DNA of 64,000 bases from Pocillopora damicornis (Eukaryota), in assembly GCF_003704095.1 (NCBI RefSeq), contig NW_020846942.1:372001-436000 (forward strand), written 5' to 3'. A program made the position numbers and the translations under genes. The notes beneath the pieces were generated by a model. The model was not told the origin of the DNA and ran no database searches. It saw only the letters and a list, made by a program, of their open reading frames with translations. Below, piece after piece: positions 12,347-23,722 of this stretch. Numbering within the stretch: position 1 is the stretch's first letter; each line of letters begins with the position of its first letter.

Positions 12347-13560
12347 AACTCGTGAATTGCGCGCATGCGCAAGAGCGAGTTGTAGATACGATGTGGGGAA
12401 TAGCACTCGCTCGCTCGCTCGCACGCTCGATTAGTCGATTCCTGTAAACTTTTTTTCGATTTTAGGCTTTTAAATGCATTTGATAGTTTTTGGCGAGCAA
12501 TAAACAAACGAAATGGCGACCTTTGTTGCTAAGAATAGTGGTGGGGTGAAAAAGAAGCCAATGATAACCTTAAAAGAGTTTTTTTTTTCGTTTTAGTTTC
12601 AACAAGCGGCGCAAGCGACTAGCAGGCATGCAAGGATTCACACTGAAATAACAGAACAACCTTCGTTTTCCATAAAATTGTAATTTACAATCCTTGAACT
12701 TGTAAACAATCCGAAGATTCATTGAAAATATCACTTACTGCGAAGCGCTCGGAGTTTACAGATGTTCAAAAGCTTCTTCTGTTATGGCGTGATTGAGGAC
12801 AAAATCAATCATTACGTTTCGTATCGTGTGTTTTTCCTGTGTGAAGCAACAAAAGATGCCAGCGACAGACGAAATTACAAGTTAACACGAAAATCAAATA
12901 ACACCTAAACAAACAATTTCAGTAACCGATTTTCAGTGAATTTTTAAAGAACAATTTTCTTTTAAGTTTCAATACAATTTGAAGATTTAAAATACATATT
13001 ACGTACTAAGATGCGAAAGTTATATACTACAAAATAGATAAATAGGCCTGAAATGAAATTCTATCTTGTTATTGATTATACGTTGCCTTGCACGTGACTA
13101 AAATCTACCCAGGCGGAGATCCAAAATGACGGTGGCAGTCTTGGCTTAGTTATATCGCTCAAAACTCGTTCCCGTTTGTCTCATTTGATAAAGAGGGAAT
13201 TGTTAATGTTTTCAATAAGACAGTATTGCCTTGATTTTCTAATATTTACAATGACAGACAGTAAATTTCACTTTTCACCCACATTCACTTCCAACCTTTT
13301 CTTTTGAACCAGAAACAAAAATGATATACGTTTAAAACACGACATCATCCACCTTGTCAAATGTAATAGCATGATCATTTCAATTGTAATGCCTTCTTAT
13401 CCCAAAGTTACTTTGTTTCTTTGCTACATTAGCGAGCACTGAACTACTGCTCGTACTCTAGATATGACAATCAACCACCAAATTCCCTAAACCAGGTAAC
13501 ATTAAACATAATCCAAAAAATCATGTGTCAATTCACGAGTTTGCTCACAGAGCACTTTGA
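12347..13560 (+). mobile_element. Non-autonomous Helitron2/Helentron (HINE)-like insertion in a TRPA copy 3 intron
   Basis: Absent from the homologous introns of copies 1 and 2. It has a 13-bp inverted repeat AACTCGTGAATTG (12347-12359 / 13529-13541) and a 3' hairpin TGCTC-aca-GAGCA (13542-13554). It sits in a T-run with no TSD. Confidence 0.7.
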
Positions 13561-13901
13561 TTCTCAATCGAATTGTCAAGCTTTAATAAAAACCTCAGAT
13601 AAATACCACCCAGGATCTCCTGCACTTTGTTATAGCTGGAGATTTTTTGATACGTTTTGTTAGGGAAACACACGAAAAGTGTGTTAGCGTCCATTCATTA
13701 ACAATTAGTATTTTGAGATAAACGGATAAACGTCTTCATGAGCCATCTTGAGCTTCCTTCCTCGGATAACCGAAAGAAAATCTGTTTAGGTTAAGATACA
13801 ATCTCAAGATTTGTTAGACACAGGGGTCAATGATTGATTGAGCTTGGTCGGGCGGATCGGGAAATATTTGACTCTGACTCTGTTTTATTGCTTCTGAACA
13901 G

Positions 13902-16177
13902 ATGGATGGAAATAATGGAACACAAGGATAAGAAGGGCCTTACCCCCATGAAGCTTCTCATAAAACACTTCCCAGAGAGTGCACAGCTGGTGATGGATTA
14001 CTGCATTGATCGATCAGAGATAGAAAGTTCCAGTGATCCAAATTTTACCATTACTTGCAACCTCCGTTTCCTAGACCCCGGACCTACTAACACTATTTGC
14101 CAGAGAGGAAGCCATTTCTTTGGACCGAGCACCATGGTGAAACACGAACGTAAAGAATTACTCGATCATCCTTTGACACAGGTCTTGTTGAATAAGAAGT
14201 GGTCTTCTTTCGGGCGCTTGGTGTTCTACTTTAACTTTATGTTCTATTTTGTCTTTGTTGTCATGTTTACAGCTTTCTTAATCCGATTCATGCAGAACGG
14301 TGATACAGGATTGGGAGATTCTTTCATGTATCCAATAGTATTTTTACTTTTTGGCGTCCGATTCATTAAGGAAGTTATTGCAATAGTTGTCCAGAGGCTT
14401 CATTATTTCACCACTTTAAGTAATCTCACTGAATGGATACTCTACAGTACGACGGGTTTCTTCATGATTTCACTTTTCGCTTTCGATTTTACAATTCCGT
14501 TTGACGACCCTGAGAAGCGTCATAATCGTTATCCACAACTCATCTGGGTGTTGGGTGCCATTTCGATTTTCCTTTGCTATGCGAACCTAGTCTTGGTTCT
14601 TTGTCGGTTGAGTCTGGTTGGAATCTATGTCACCATGTTTATAGAGGTCACTAAGTCGGTTCTAAAAGTACTTCTAATCTTCTTTGTCTTTTTCTTTGGG
14701 TTCTCCATGGTGTTCTACATCCTCTTTAAATCAGAGGTAAGATGAAATAAGAGATAAGTGTGTATGTGAGTAAATTTGCTTCTGTTTGTGATTTATGTGA
14801 GTTTTTTCCCTTTTTTATGATGCTCGTAATTTAAAACCCAAAGTAAAAATATTCCTCATTCTGTACCTTTTCGCGCCGTTTATTGACTCGCTCAATAGCA
14901 ACAAGCTTGACAGATTTGGTTACAGTAATTAATTAAAATGTCACCTGATTTTGGGCTCAATATGGGTGCAGCAAATGCCTAATCGTACCTTTTCAGTGCG
15001 CTTTGACGACATATAAAGCTCGCTCGGTCTTGTCAAGGGTATCTTGGAATCATGACTCAACTAAAATCGCTTCATCTTCTAACGGAGCGCGCCAAAAAGG
15101 TACGATTAAGGATGATATAACGTTATAGTAAGCGAAATATGCAATAATGATAAACAATAAACAACTCCCAAGATCTGATTGTTAATTCTCCCCTCTAGNN
15201 NNNNNNNNNNNNNNNNNNNNNNNNNNNNNNNNNNNNNNNNNNNNNNNNNNNNNNNNNNNNNNNNNNNNNNNNNNNNNNNNNNNNNNNNNNNNNNNNNNCG
15301 GTTGCATGTTTCACCTACAGGTGGGTCTTGCCGTGGGTGATATCGACGCAATTCGCCGCAATGCTGCGTTTAAAAGGATGGCTATGCAGGTCATGTATAT
15401 CGTTAGGGTCGAAAACAGCTTCCCGAGGTGCATCTCGCGGCGTTTTCGCCATCCAGAAGTAAGTTTGCGGCCAAATCGTCGAACTCTGAGGAAAAGATAT
15501 GGCGTGATTGCCATTCTGATAAAAAATCACACGTAAATCTCAAAAATGTCAGAAAATTCTAAAAAGCAGCTTTACAACGACTCCAGCAATGTCTACTTCT
15601 CTTTAATATCTTTACCATTCATTATCCAGCCAGAAAACTGATCAGGTAGAAGTTGTCATTTTGATCTAACACTACATTCTCGTCACTGATTGACAGGAAA
15701 ATTTATAGCAACTTGAGGGGAGAAGTAACAATCACATCTTGGGAGTCAAATTAAGGGTTAAAATGTTCACTTCACAAAATTATTTCTTTGTCTTCGATAT
15801 TCAGGTTGATGCTTTTTCTTGGAATGAAGACATCTTCGGGCTTGGACTTTTCTCCTCGCGCCAAAGAAGAACCGTCCCCCGGTGTAGTTTTGGATTATAC
15901 TGAGATTAAGAAAAAGCTTGACCTTACTGAGAAACGCGTCGAAACATTGGTCGATATGATGGAGGTGCAAAACGCTCTGCTCAGAGAATTAGTAAAAAAG
16001 ATTGATCGTGGGACCAAGATGGACAAGAAGAGCATGGAAATGGAAGGATCGACTGTGGAACACGAGTATGGGAGCACATCAGCTTCAGGAGAGAAATGGA
16101 TCCTTGACGACCAGCAGCCATATGAGATTAAAACACAACCACACTTGCATAAATGTAGAAAGATCACTTATGTTTAG
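13902..16177 (+). CDS. TRPA-like channel, copy 3 (TM exon intact; TRP-like helix and coiled-coil exons lie after a gap)
   Basis: Exon ~13902-14736 runs from the linker to S5 (GIYVTMFIEVTKSVLKVLLIFFVFFFGFSMVFYILF). Exon 15321-15496 has VGLAVGDIDAIRRNAAFKRMAMQV (cf. TRPA1 IGLAVGDIAEVQKHASLKRIAMQV). Exon 15805-16177 is a coiled coil. The donor at 15497 reads AT instead of GT. Confidence 0.8.
14980..15108. mobile_element. Small MITE with TA-bounded 14-bp TIR
   Basis: TAATCGTACCTTTT ... AAAAGGTACGATTA. Confidence 0.65.
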
Positions 16178-18253
16178 TCATATTGAGCAGCCATATATCA
16201 GTATTTACTGAAACAATAGCTAACGTTGAAGGCGCGCTTTGATTGGTGACTCAAACTCCGAATAGTCTTTGCTACTCACTTCCGACCAGCTCGTGCAAGC
16301 GTTTGCGCCTGAAAATATTGTAATTTTGCAGGAAAAAATAAGTTAAAATAATCTTTTTGTACTATGTTATCTCACTGTTTTAGTGTTTACTAAAACAACC
16401 ATTTACCTCAGCATCGGTGGCTAGCGGTGGATATTTGCCCTTTTAGTGGATAGTTGTTAATTATACTATCATTGTACCTTATTTAGGGTGAAGGAAAAAG
16501 AAACTTTGATGTAACCATCACACTTTTAGGATTAGCAATAACAAAAGTGCCGTGAATAAACACAACATTTTACGTTAGAAGCAGTTATGCAAATGTTTTG
16601 GGAGAAATAATAAACATGACAGAATCTGTGTGCTTGTTTTCTTAGATATGTAAGGTACATTGAGCCAAAGGAGACCATTTTTTTTTTATAAATAGGCGAT
16701 CAAGGGAACTCCAGCAAGGAGTGAACATACAAAATACGCACTGTGAGCGCCTGTTAGATAAACTTGAAATCCCAATTGATAATATATTCTGTGTTCAATT
16801 ATATGGCAAGCAAATAAAACTTCCAAATCGTGATAAATGCAAATTATGTAAACCCCACATGTAAATGTATAAACGCATAACAACTACTGGATCCAGGAAT
16901 CCATTCTTAAATGGAATAAACCCTTAGAAGGTACAGAAATTTTAGATAGCCAAATTTCCCCAACATAAAGCTCTTACTCAAAACCATTTTATGTAATATA
17001 TTACGGTTTAATAGAGTATTTCGCGGGCTTTTATTTTTTTTTTTTGCTTAATTTTACTTATTTCCACTCCCGATGCATGTCAATAAACATGTCACTATAA
17101 CTTTGTTCCAGACTCGACCGAAATACATTTTGGCCTTTCTATCAATTTCTACACTAGTTCTCGTTTCACTTCGAATCCCTGTGATACGCCGCCTATAAAT
17201 AGCTATTTCGGTGTTTAATTAGGGTTTTTGTTCCAATTTTCCGAACACCTGGAGAAATAAAAGCTGTAAGTGAATCACATCGCCCCATTGGCGCCCGATA
17301 TCTGCAAGGAATATTCATAGACTTTTCTCTGTGCGTTTATTACTCAATTGTTTTCGTTTTTTTTGTGTAAAATACAAGTCAGAACTCGCAGTATACATTA
17401 TTACAATTACTGAGTGGTACTCTTATGTAAATAAGTATGAAATGACTTGAATCTCAAAGCATCAAATCCTCAAGTCTAACTTTAAGTCATTATTAGCGAG
17501 ACCCAAGAACGACAAGATTCATAGAGAACATCTATCATGTCAACAACTATGTGTTTAAGCGTAAACAAATGAGTTGCTGATAGTCAAGGGTAAAAAACAC
17601 ATGTTTCGCTGTTTTCTGAGTAGCACGTCTATCTTTTACATTTTATGCAAAAATCATAAATAATTTTGATAATCGGTGAAACTTGGTTTTTTATAAGAGA
17701 AGCAATTTAACCCCAAGTGGCAAAGCAGATGTCTTTAGGCATTAGTTAATTGTCCTAGCACCCCTTCATCGCCAGAAATATCCACAAAATCTGTCATTCC
17801 GTCGATCTCGCGCAGCTAAAATTATCAAGTTATTTGCCTGTCACATTTTTTTCATTTTGAACTCTAACTTAGGATACGTGATCATGCGTCGGAAATTTTA
17901 AATTATTTATTGTAGCTTAAAGTAACTATTGAAGTATATTTACATTGTAATTCGCGGGTAAACTCTCACTGGGAAGAAATTCGCCACAAAGTGAGTTCTT
18001 GTCTTCGAGCGAGAAATAAATCGCTAATTAATCGACACGGACAACACGAAACGGATTTTCGGCGAGACAGTATATGAAGACATCGCTCACCTGAGGTGTT
18101 TCTCGAGGTTGGAGTCAATTTTAAGAGCGGCACCTTCGTTAAAATTCAGACTGCAAAGTAACAGCATAAGAATAATATTATTGAAAGACAAACGGCGCAA
18201 TTGAACGTGTAAGGCAAACAGCCCGCGGAGTGAACCGTAAGAATCATGGTACA

Positions 18254-19408
18254 ATGACTTCAAACGCTACTTTCTCGATGACAAAGAAAGAAAGTTCCGC
18301 CAGTTCAAGAATTAGGATCAACGTAAGCGGAACAATGTTTGAAACTTTAGAAGAAACCTTGTCGAGGTACCCAGACACTCTTTTAGGATGTCCAAAGAAG
18401 CGTGTTCAATATTTTGATAAAAGAAATGACGAATACTTTTTCAACCGAAACAGACTGGCTTTCGATGCGATTCTGTTTTATTATCAGTCGTATGGGAGAC
18501 TAGTTAGACCCGACATGGTGCCTGAGAATGTTTTTATCGATGAGGTACGTTTCTTCCAAATTCGAAGCTCTTACACTTCTACTCGAGATAAAATCGAGCG
18601 TGCTCTTTTAGGAAAAGACGAGGATTTACCACAAAACCTCATACAACGTAAGATATGGCTGTTGTTTTCAAATCCCGAATCATCATACGCAGCAAGAGTT
18701 CTGGCAGTTTTATCTGTTATTATCATTCTTCTTTCGGTCGTTATACCATGTTTTGAGTCGTCATCTGGGGGCATCAACTCTTTAAACAACAATAGGAGCA
18801 CGTTTTTCTCGTCCTTGGAGATGGCCTGTTATATTTGGTTTACCTTCGAGTTAGTGGTTCGTTTTTGCAGCGCACCTCATAAACTGCGGTTTTTTCGCTC
18901 AATGCTTAACATCGTTGACATAATCAGCGTCGTTCCGTACTATGTTCTTCTAACAATGCAAAACACTCGTGCACCGTTATCGGTGCTGCGCGCGGCAAGA
19001 ATGCTGCGTGTTTTACGGATATTCAAACTTTCCCGCTACTCCAGTGGTATGCGGATATTGATATTTACGTTTTATACGAGTATGAAAGAGTTGGGAATGT
19101 TTTTTATCTTCATCTCCATCAGTGTCGTCGTATCATCGAGCGCAGCGTACTACGCCGAGACTGGTTGCGAAAAATGCGCTTTTACGAGCATCCCTGACGC
19201 GTTTTGGTGGGCGGTAAACACGATTACAACGGTGGGTTACGGCGATCAGTACCCGCTGACAGCCTCTGGTAAAATGGTGGGTTGTTTGCTGACCGTGTTT
19301 GGTGTTTTAATCATTGCTCTTCCAGTTTTCCTCTTTGTCGCAAACTTCAACAAAGTTATGAACGCCAACATGGCGGCAATTGACCGCGCTGGAGAAAAAG
19401 AACGCTGA
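18254..19408 (+). CDS. Intronless Shaker/Kv1-family voltage-gated K+ channel, probable regulatory subunit
   Basis: T1 domain (RINVSGTMFET..YPDTLLG..YFFNRNRLAFDAILFYYQS), S4 LRAARMLRVLRIFKLSR, pore AFWWAVNTITTVGYGD, and S6 IIALPVFLFVANF. Confidence 0.93.
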   Translation: MTSNATFSMTKKESSASSRIRINVSGTMFETLEETLSRYPDTLLGCPKKRVQYFDKRNDEYFFNRNRLAFDAILFYYQSYGRLVRPDMVPENVFIDEVRFFQIRSSYTSTRDKIERALLGKDEDLPQNLIQRKIWLLFSNPESSYAARVLAVLSVIIILLSVVIPCFESSSGGINSLNNNRSTFFSSLEMACYIWFTFELVVRFCSAPHKLRFFRSMLNIVDIISVVPYYVLLTMQNTRAPLSVLRAARMLRVLRIFKLSRYSSGMRILIFTFYTSMKELGMFFIFISISVVVSSSAAYYAETGCEKCAFTSIPDAFWWAVNTITTVGYGDQYPLTASGKMVGCLLTVFGVLIIALPVFLFVANFNKVMNANMAAIDRAGEKER

Positions 19409-21104
19409 AGTCAACTGAACCCATTGAAACTCTAAGTGTGCACTGAAATGGCTTTCTCCGATTGCTTGCCGAATTTTGTATCACGCGAAGTACCTTTAGC
19501 AAAGTAAAACAAATTCTGCTACCATTTTGCACATGAATTGTGCAAATATTTTCTTTGTATTTAAGCGCTTGTATCGATTACCATTTGTTACTTTAATGTT
19601 CTTCAAGTTCCTTCGATAATAGAAACTATGACTAATGTCAGAGCCACCCGCTAAAAGGTTTTTATCAATTTTCCTTAATCAAAATGATGTCCATGTTTGT
19701 GTTACCAACGCAAAAATATGACTAATCTCTTTTTTCAGGCAGATTATTGAAAACCTGTTTGAAAATAAGATGGATTAATTGATTGCTTGAAAAGGATTTT
19801 AGCTAGTGTAAGGGCAATTCTTTCTGTTTAGTAAAAGAAAATGTTTCTATCGGAAACTGTATTTAGGTAATCAATCAAGCTGTCTTATTTGTAAACAGCT
19901 TTTAAATAATCTTCCTGAAAATTGGAAACATTAGTCACTGCATAAAATCCTTGATTATTGTAAACGGACTAAAATTAATTTTAATTTTTTTCAAATAAAG
20001 CTTGCGATTTTACCCCATGAACACTTACCGTAACAGTATACTGAGTCCACTAAAGCAAGAAAAACCTTTAAAATTGTTTACATCTCGCGCATCAAACAAA
20101 TTTTCAGCGCTAGAATCCAGTCCATTGCGAAACTTAACTGTGCTCTGATACGGATCAAAATCAGCATTATATGCCGTTCCCCATTTCATTTATCGTTATT
20201 TTCGTTACCCTTCTATGGTTTGTTGTTTTGTACTTTCATGTCTCTTTTCATTTGTTTGTTTTTGTTTGGATTTGTATTTGTTTTTCTTTTTTCACCAACG
20301 AGTCTTCACCCAAGTAACTTATATACAAATGAAAATGTGAATTTCAGTTTCTCTTTCATTTGCTCTCTCATTTATTACGATGAATGAACTCTGTCACTTC
20401 GCCAAAATAACATGTCCTCTGGTGTCAGGGTGTTCAGAATTAATTTTGTATTGAATAGGCTTCAATCAAGGACCGGGAATTTCAACATTTCAATTTCAAT
20501 ATAAAAGAAGACCGACGCTCAGCTGAATGACTGTTTGTATGTTTGCGATCAAGTCAGTTAAGTGGTTCTAAGGAAAGAAATTAATTAAAGACGGGGATCA
20601 ACGTCCCTTATTTCGCCAATAGATCATCAGACCCTACAATATTCGCCGGTTAAGGGGAGAACTTTGCACGTACAGTATATCAGGAAAAATGATGGACACA
20701 ACCGCGATGACCGAAAGAATTGAAAAGCTCTCCTGATGGGTTATACGAAATTAAGACTGAGCGCTTATTCCATTAGCCACGAAGTTGAGGTTTTTGTCGG
20801 CTGATTTATCACCTCGAGGAAAAGGATTGTCAAATTGATAGGAATAGAAAGTGCCAAGTGGTATAATCGTTACAGAGTGATTCAATAAAGAACCGCCTTA
20901 GGGCTCCTACGTAAATTTCAGTATAGTTTGCCTTTTTGCAGCTTCAAAACAGCAGATAGTAACCCAATGATACAGTAAGACTGTTGGAAGCTTTAAGAAG
21001 AGCACAATAAAAGTTGAGGAGGTGTTAGCTCAGTGGCAGATTTGCTGTGATGAATATCTGCTCCTAAATCGAAGCTTTGATCAACTTGTAATGTAACGCT
21101 CTAA

Positions 21105-21384
21105 TATATAGATTTAGCCAAGCCTAAAAGCGGAGCTCGCATTTTTTTTTCCGCACGTCTCAAGGGCACAACGGCTTGCCCCGGAACCCGGGTCGTCCGA
21201 CTCGGAGCCCAGTACACTGATCACTGGACTACTGAACAAAGCGTGGCGTTGGCGTGCCCGCGGTACAGTTGACCACGCATGTTAAAAGTAGCACCTTGTA
21301 CGGTCGTACGGTCGTCGGTCGGCTTGATGGGTTACTACTATTTTGTATAATTATGGGGCTACGCTCTACGAGCTCCGCTATAAT
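21105..21384 (-). mobile_element. HINE/Helitron2-like short element containing a tRNA-derived SINE head
   Basis: Inverted AGCGGAGCTCG at 21129-21139 / 21369-21379, adjacent hairpin TTTAG..CTAAA at 21113-21128, a (CGGT)-like microsatellite, and an A/B-box-like segment at ~21160-21233 on the minus strand. Confidence 0.55.
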
Positions 21385-22027
21385 CGCCAACTGCGAGAGA
21401 TGTGTCGTTGAAACTTGTGTTGTGGTCATCTGTAAAGTCAGGTTCTCCAAGGCTCTGTTTTGGCCTCTTTATTCTTCTTATTATTAGTCTACCAAACTGG
21501 GCTATATATTAAAAAAATCATATTTTAAGGAGAGGTCTATATTAAGAAAATCCTATTTTAAGGAAAGGTGTAGACTCTGTTAATTACCGTGTGACAGGAG
21601 CCAATTACTTAATGGGCTCCTACGTGTGATCCATACTGCACTAAAAACTTTCAGCTATTCGCTCATATGCGATATGTGGTTAAATAAAGTTACTTACTTA
21701 CTTAAGTTACTTACTTAATTACTCATATCGTACGTGCAGTCTGATTATGAACGCTGCGGCCGGTTGCAAGCTAAGACCCGGCGACAGTAGCCTGCTAAGC
21801 TTGTTGTTTTTCTTCACTCCCCTCTTGTCCACCCTCTGCCTTACAGGCGGGTTAGGTGAGCGAGCACTGGAGACTGGAAACCACTAGAAGGCTTGGCTAC
21901 TGAGCGGAGGATTGTGTTTTGAAGAGAGTTGAGTATCGAAGCGTGATCGTGTGAAGTGAGGTTTGTTTTTATTCCATCTCCTAAGAAGGTTTGGTATTCA
22001 GAATAGAAGAATCTGTTCCTTGCAAGA

Positions 22028-23685
22028 ATGGGTGATCATGTCAGAAATCCCTTTGACGACATTGATTCCGGAGATGATGAGATAGAAAAGCCACCGACAC
22101 CTGAAATCCATCATGGCGGTGATTCGCCAAGGGCGCCAGGTTTTAGCGATATTTCAGACAACGAAGATGAAGAAAAAACCGGCGAAGAAGCCACCAAACA
22201 ACAGCCTGAAGATAGCAACGATAGTTCTAACGTTAGTTCCCCAGGGGATAGGGAAGATAATACAAAAGAGGATATCATTACGGAGGCGAAACCTGACGCT
22301 AGTCCTCTTTACGATCAGGAAATGTCGCCCGTTTCATCAACTTCGGCAACAGCTGACGACCAGGAGAACACGGTCGCCAAAGAAGATCACAAAGAGAAGG
22401 ATGCTTCCTTAGAAGCTGAGCAATTACCACAAAAAACAAATCAAGAATCTGAAAGAAAACAAGAGAATTTAGAAGGAACGGAAGTCGAAGGTGAACTTGG
22501 AGTTCTTAGTCAGCTGTCTACACCAAGAGCAGAGATGGGCGAAGGAGAGCCCGAGGGAAATTTAAATGTAACAGAGAACACAACCGAAAGATGGCGAACT
22601 TTTTCTTCAGGGGCAGCAACGGACGATGATTTAGAAATGCCAATATCACCTTTAGGTCTTGGACTCTCAGGACCTGAATCAGAAATAGTTGATGACATTT
22701 TGAAAAGTGATGTCTCCAAGCTTCTTCCTGGCAATGAAGACGAGTCTAAGGAAGGACCAATAGGTATGATTGATTTTGAAACGGTAGGGCACACTTTCTA
22801 TCTGTGAACCAGTACAATAACTCACTCAGGATGTTGGGTAGAATGAGAAACGCTTGGAAATTTCAAGCCAAAGATGAGTGATTTACAGACTTGTTGGGTT
22901 GTTGATCGGTTGTTTTGCTGGCAAGCCGTTATAAAGTGTGGCCTTTTGTTTTATGAAACAGCTATAGTCTAATGGTATACTGAACCCTTTCTTTCACCAA
23001 TCAGAGTGCACCTAGTATCTTTTATGTAAAGTAATACTTAACAAACTCATTTTATCAACCCCATTGATGAAAACCAAATTATGTTGACATTATATGAGTT
23101 GCCCAGTTTTTTCCCTGAGCTCTCAGGGTATTAAGCAGTAAGTGAACTGCATGTAAAGTTTTGCCTGAAGGTACAGCCACCAATTACACCATCAGCAACT
23201 GAATATGGAAAAAGTTATTGAAACCCCTGCATTTGTTTTATTTTGTCTCTGACTGGTTGGAAAGGTGGTATTAGGTTATCAAACCAGTTATAGAGAAAAT
23301 TGAAAAAACAAAATCAGAAAAAAAGAGAAGCAAAGAGCTTAGGTCATTAGATGTAGTTCTAAGGTATCCCGGATCAGCATCAGTATCTGGGCAATTGCCC
23401 ACCTACCCCTCCCCTAACCCAACATTAACCCTAACTTGTCATCAATTGACTGTTGTTGGTTTAGGGGAGGGGTAGGTGGGCAGTTGCCCAGATACTGATA
23501 TTGATCCAATATCCCTTACAGCTGAAAAAACTGTCCAGCAGTGAGTATAGGAAACTATAAACATGGTGATGTAGGCTGGTTACTCTATTGAGACATTCCT
23601 CTGATCTCACCTTCAAAATAACCACTTACTTCAACAATAAAGCCACCAACTCCAAAACTCTTTTACTAATGCTGCCTCTCTCATT

Positions 23686-23722
<37 letters not shown>

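Noticed and set aside
4633-15351. ORFs containing X runs (e.g. 4633-4905, 9943-10518, 11630-11938, 15106-15351)
   Set aside because: They read through N gaps and join unrelated contigs.
15497-15804. U12-type AT-AC intron
   Set aside because: The donor is ATATGG, not ATATCC, and the acceptor is AG.
21160-21233. Possible tRNA gene
   Set aside because: It has A/B-box-like motifs but no complete cloverleaf, and it runs into SINE-like sequence.
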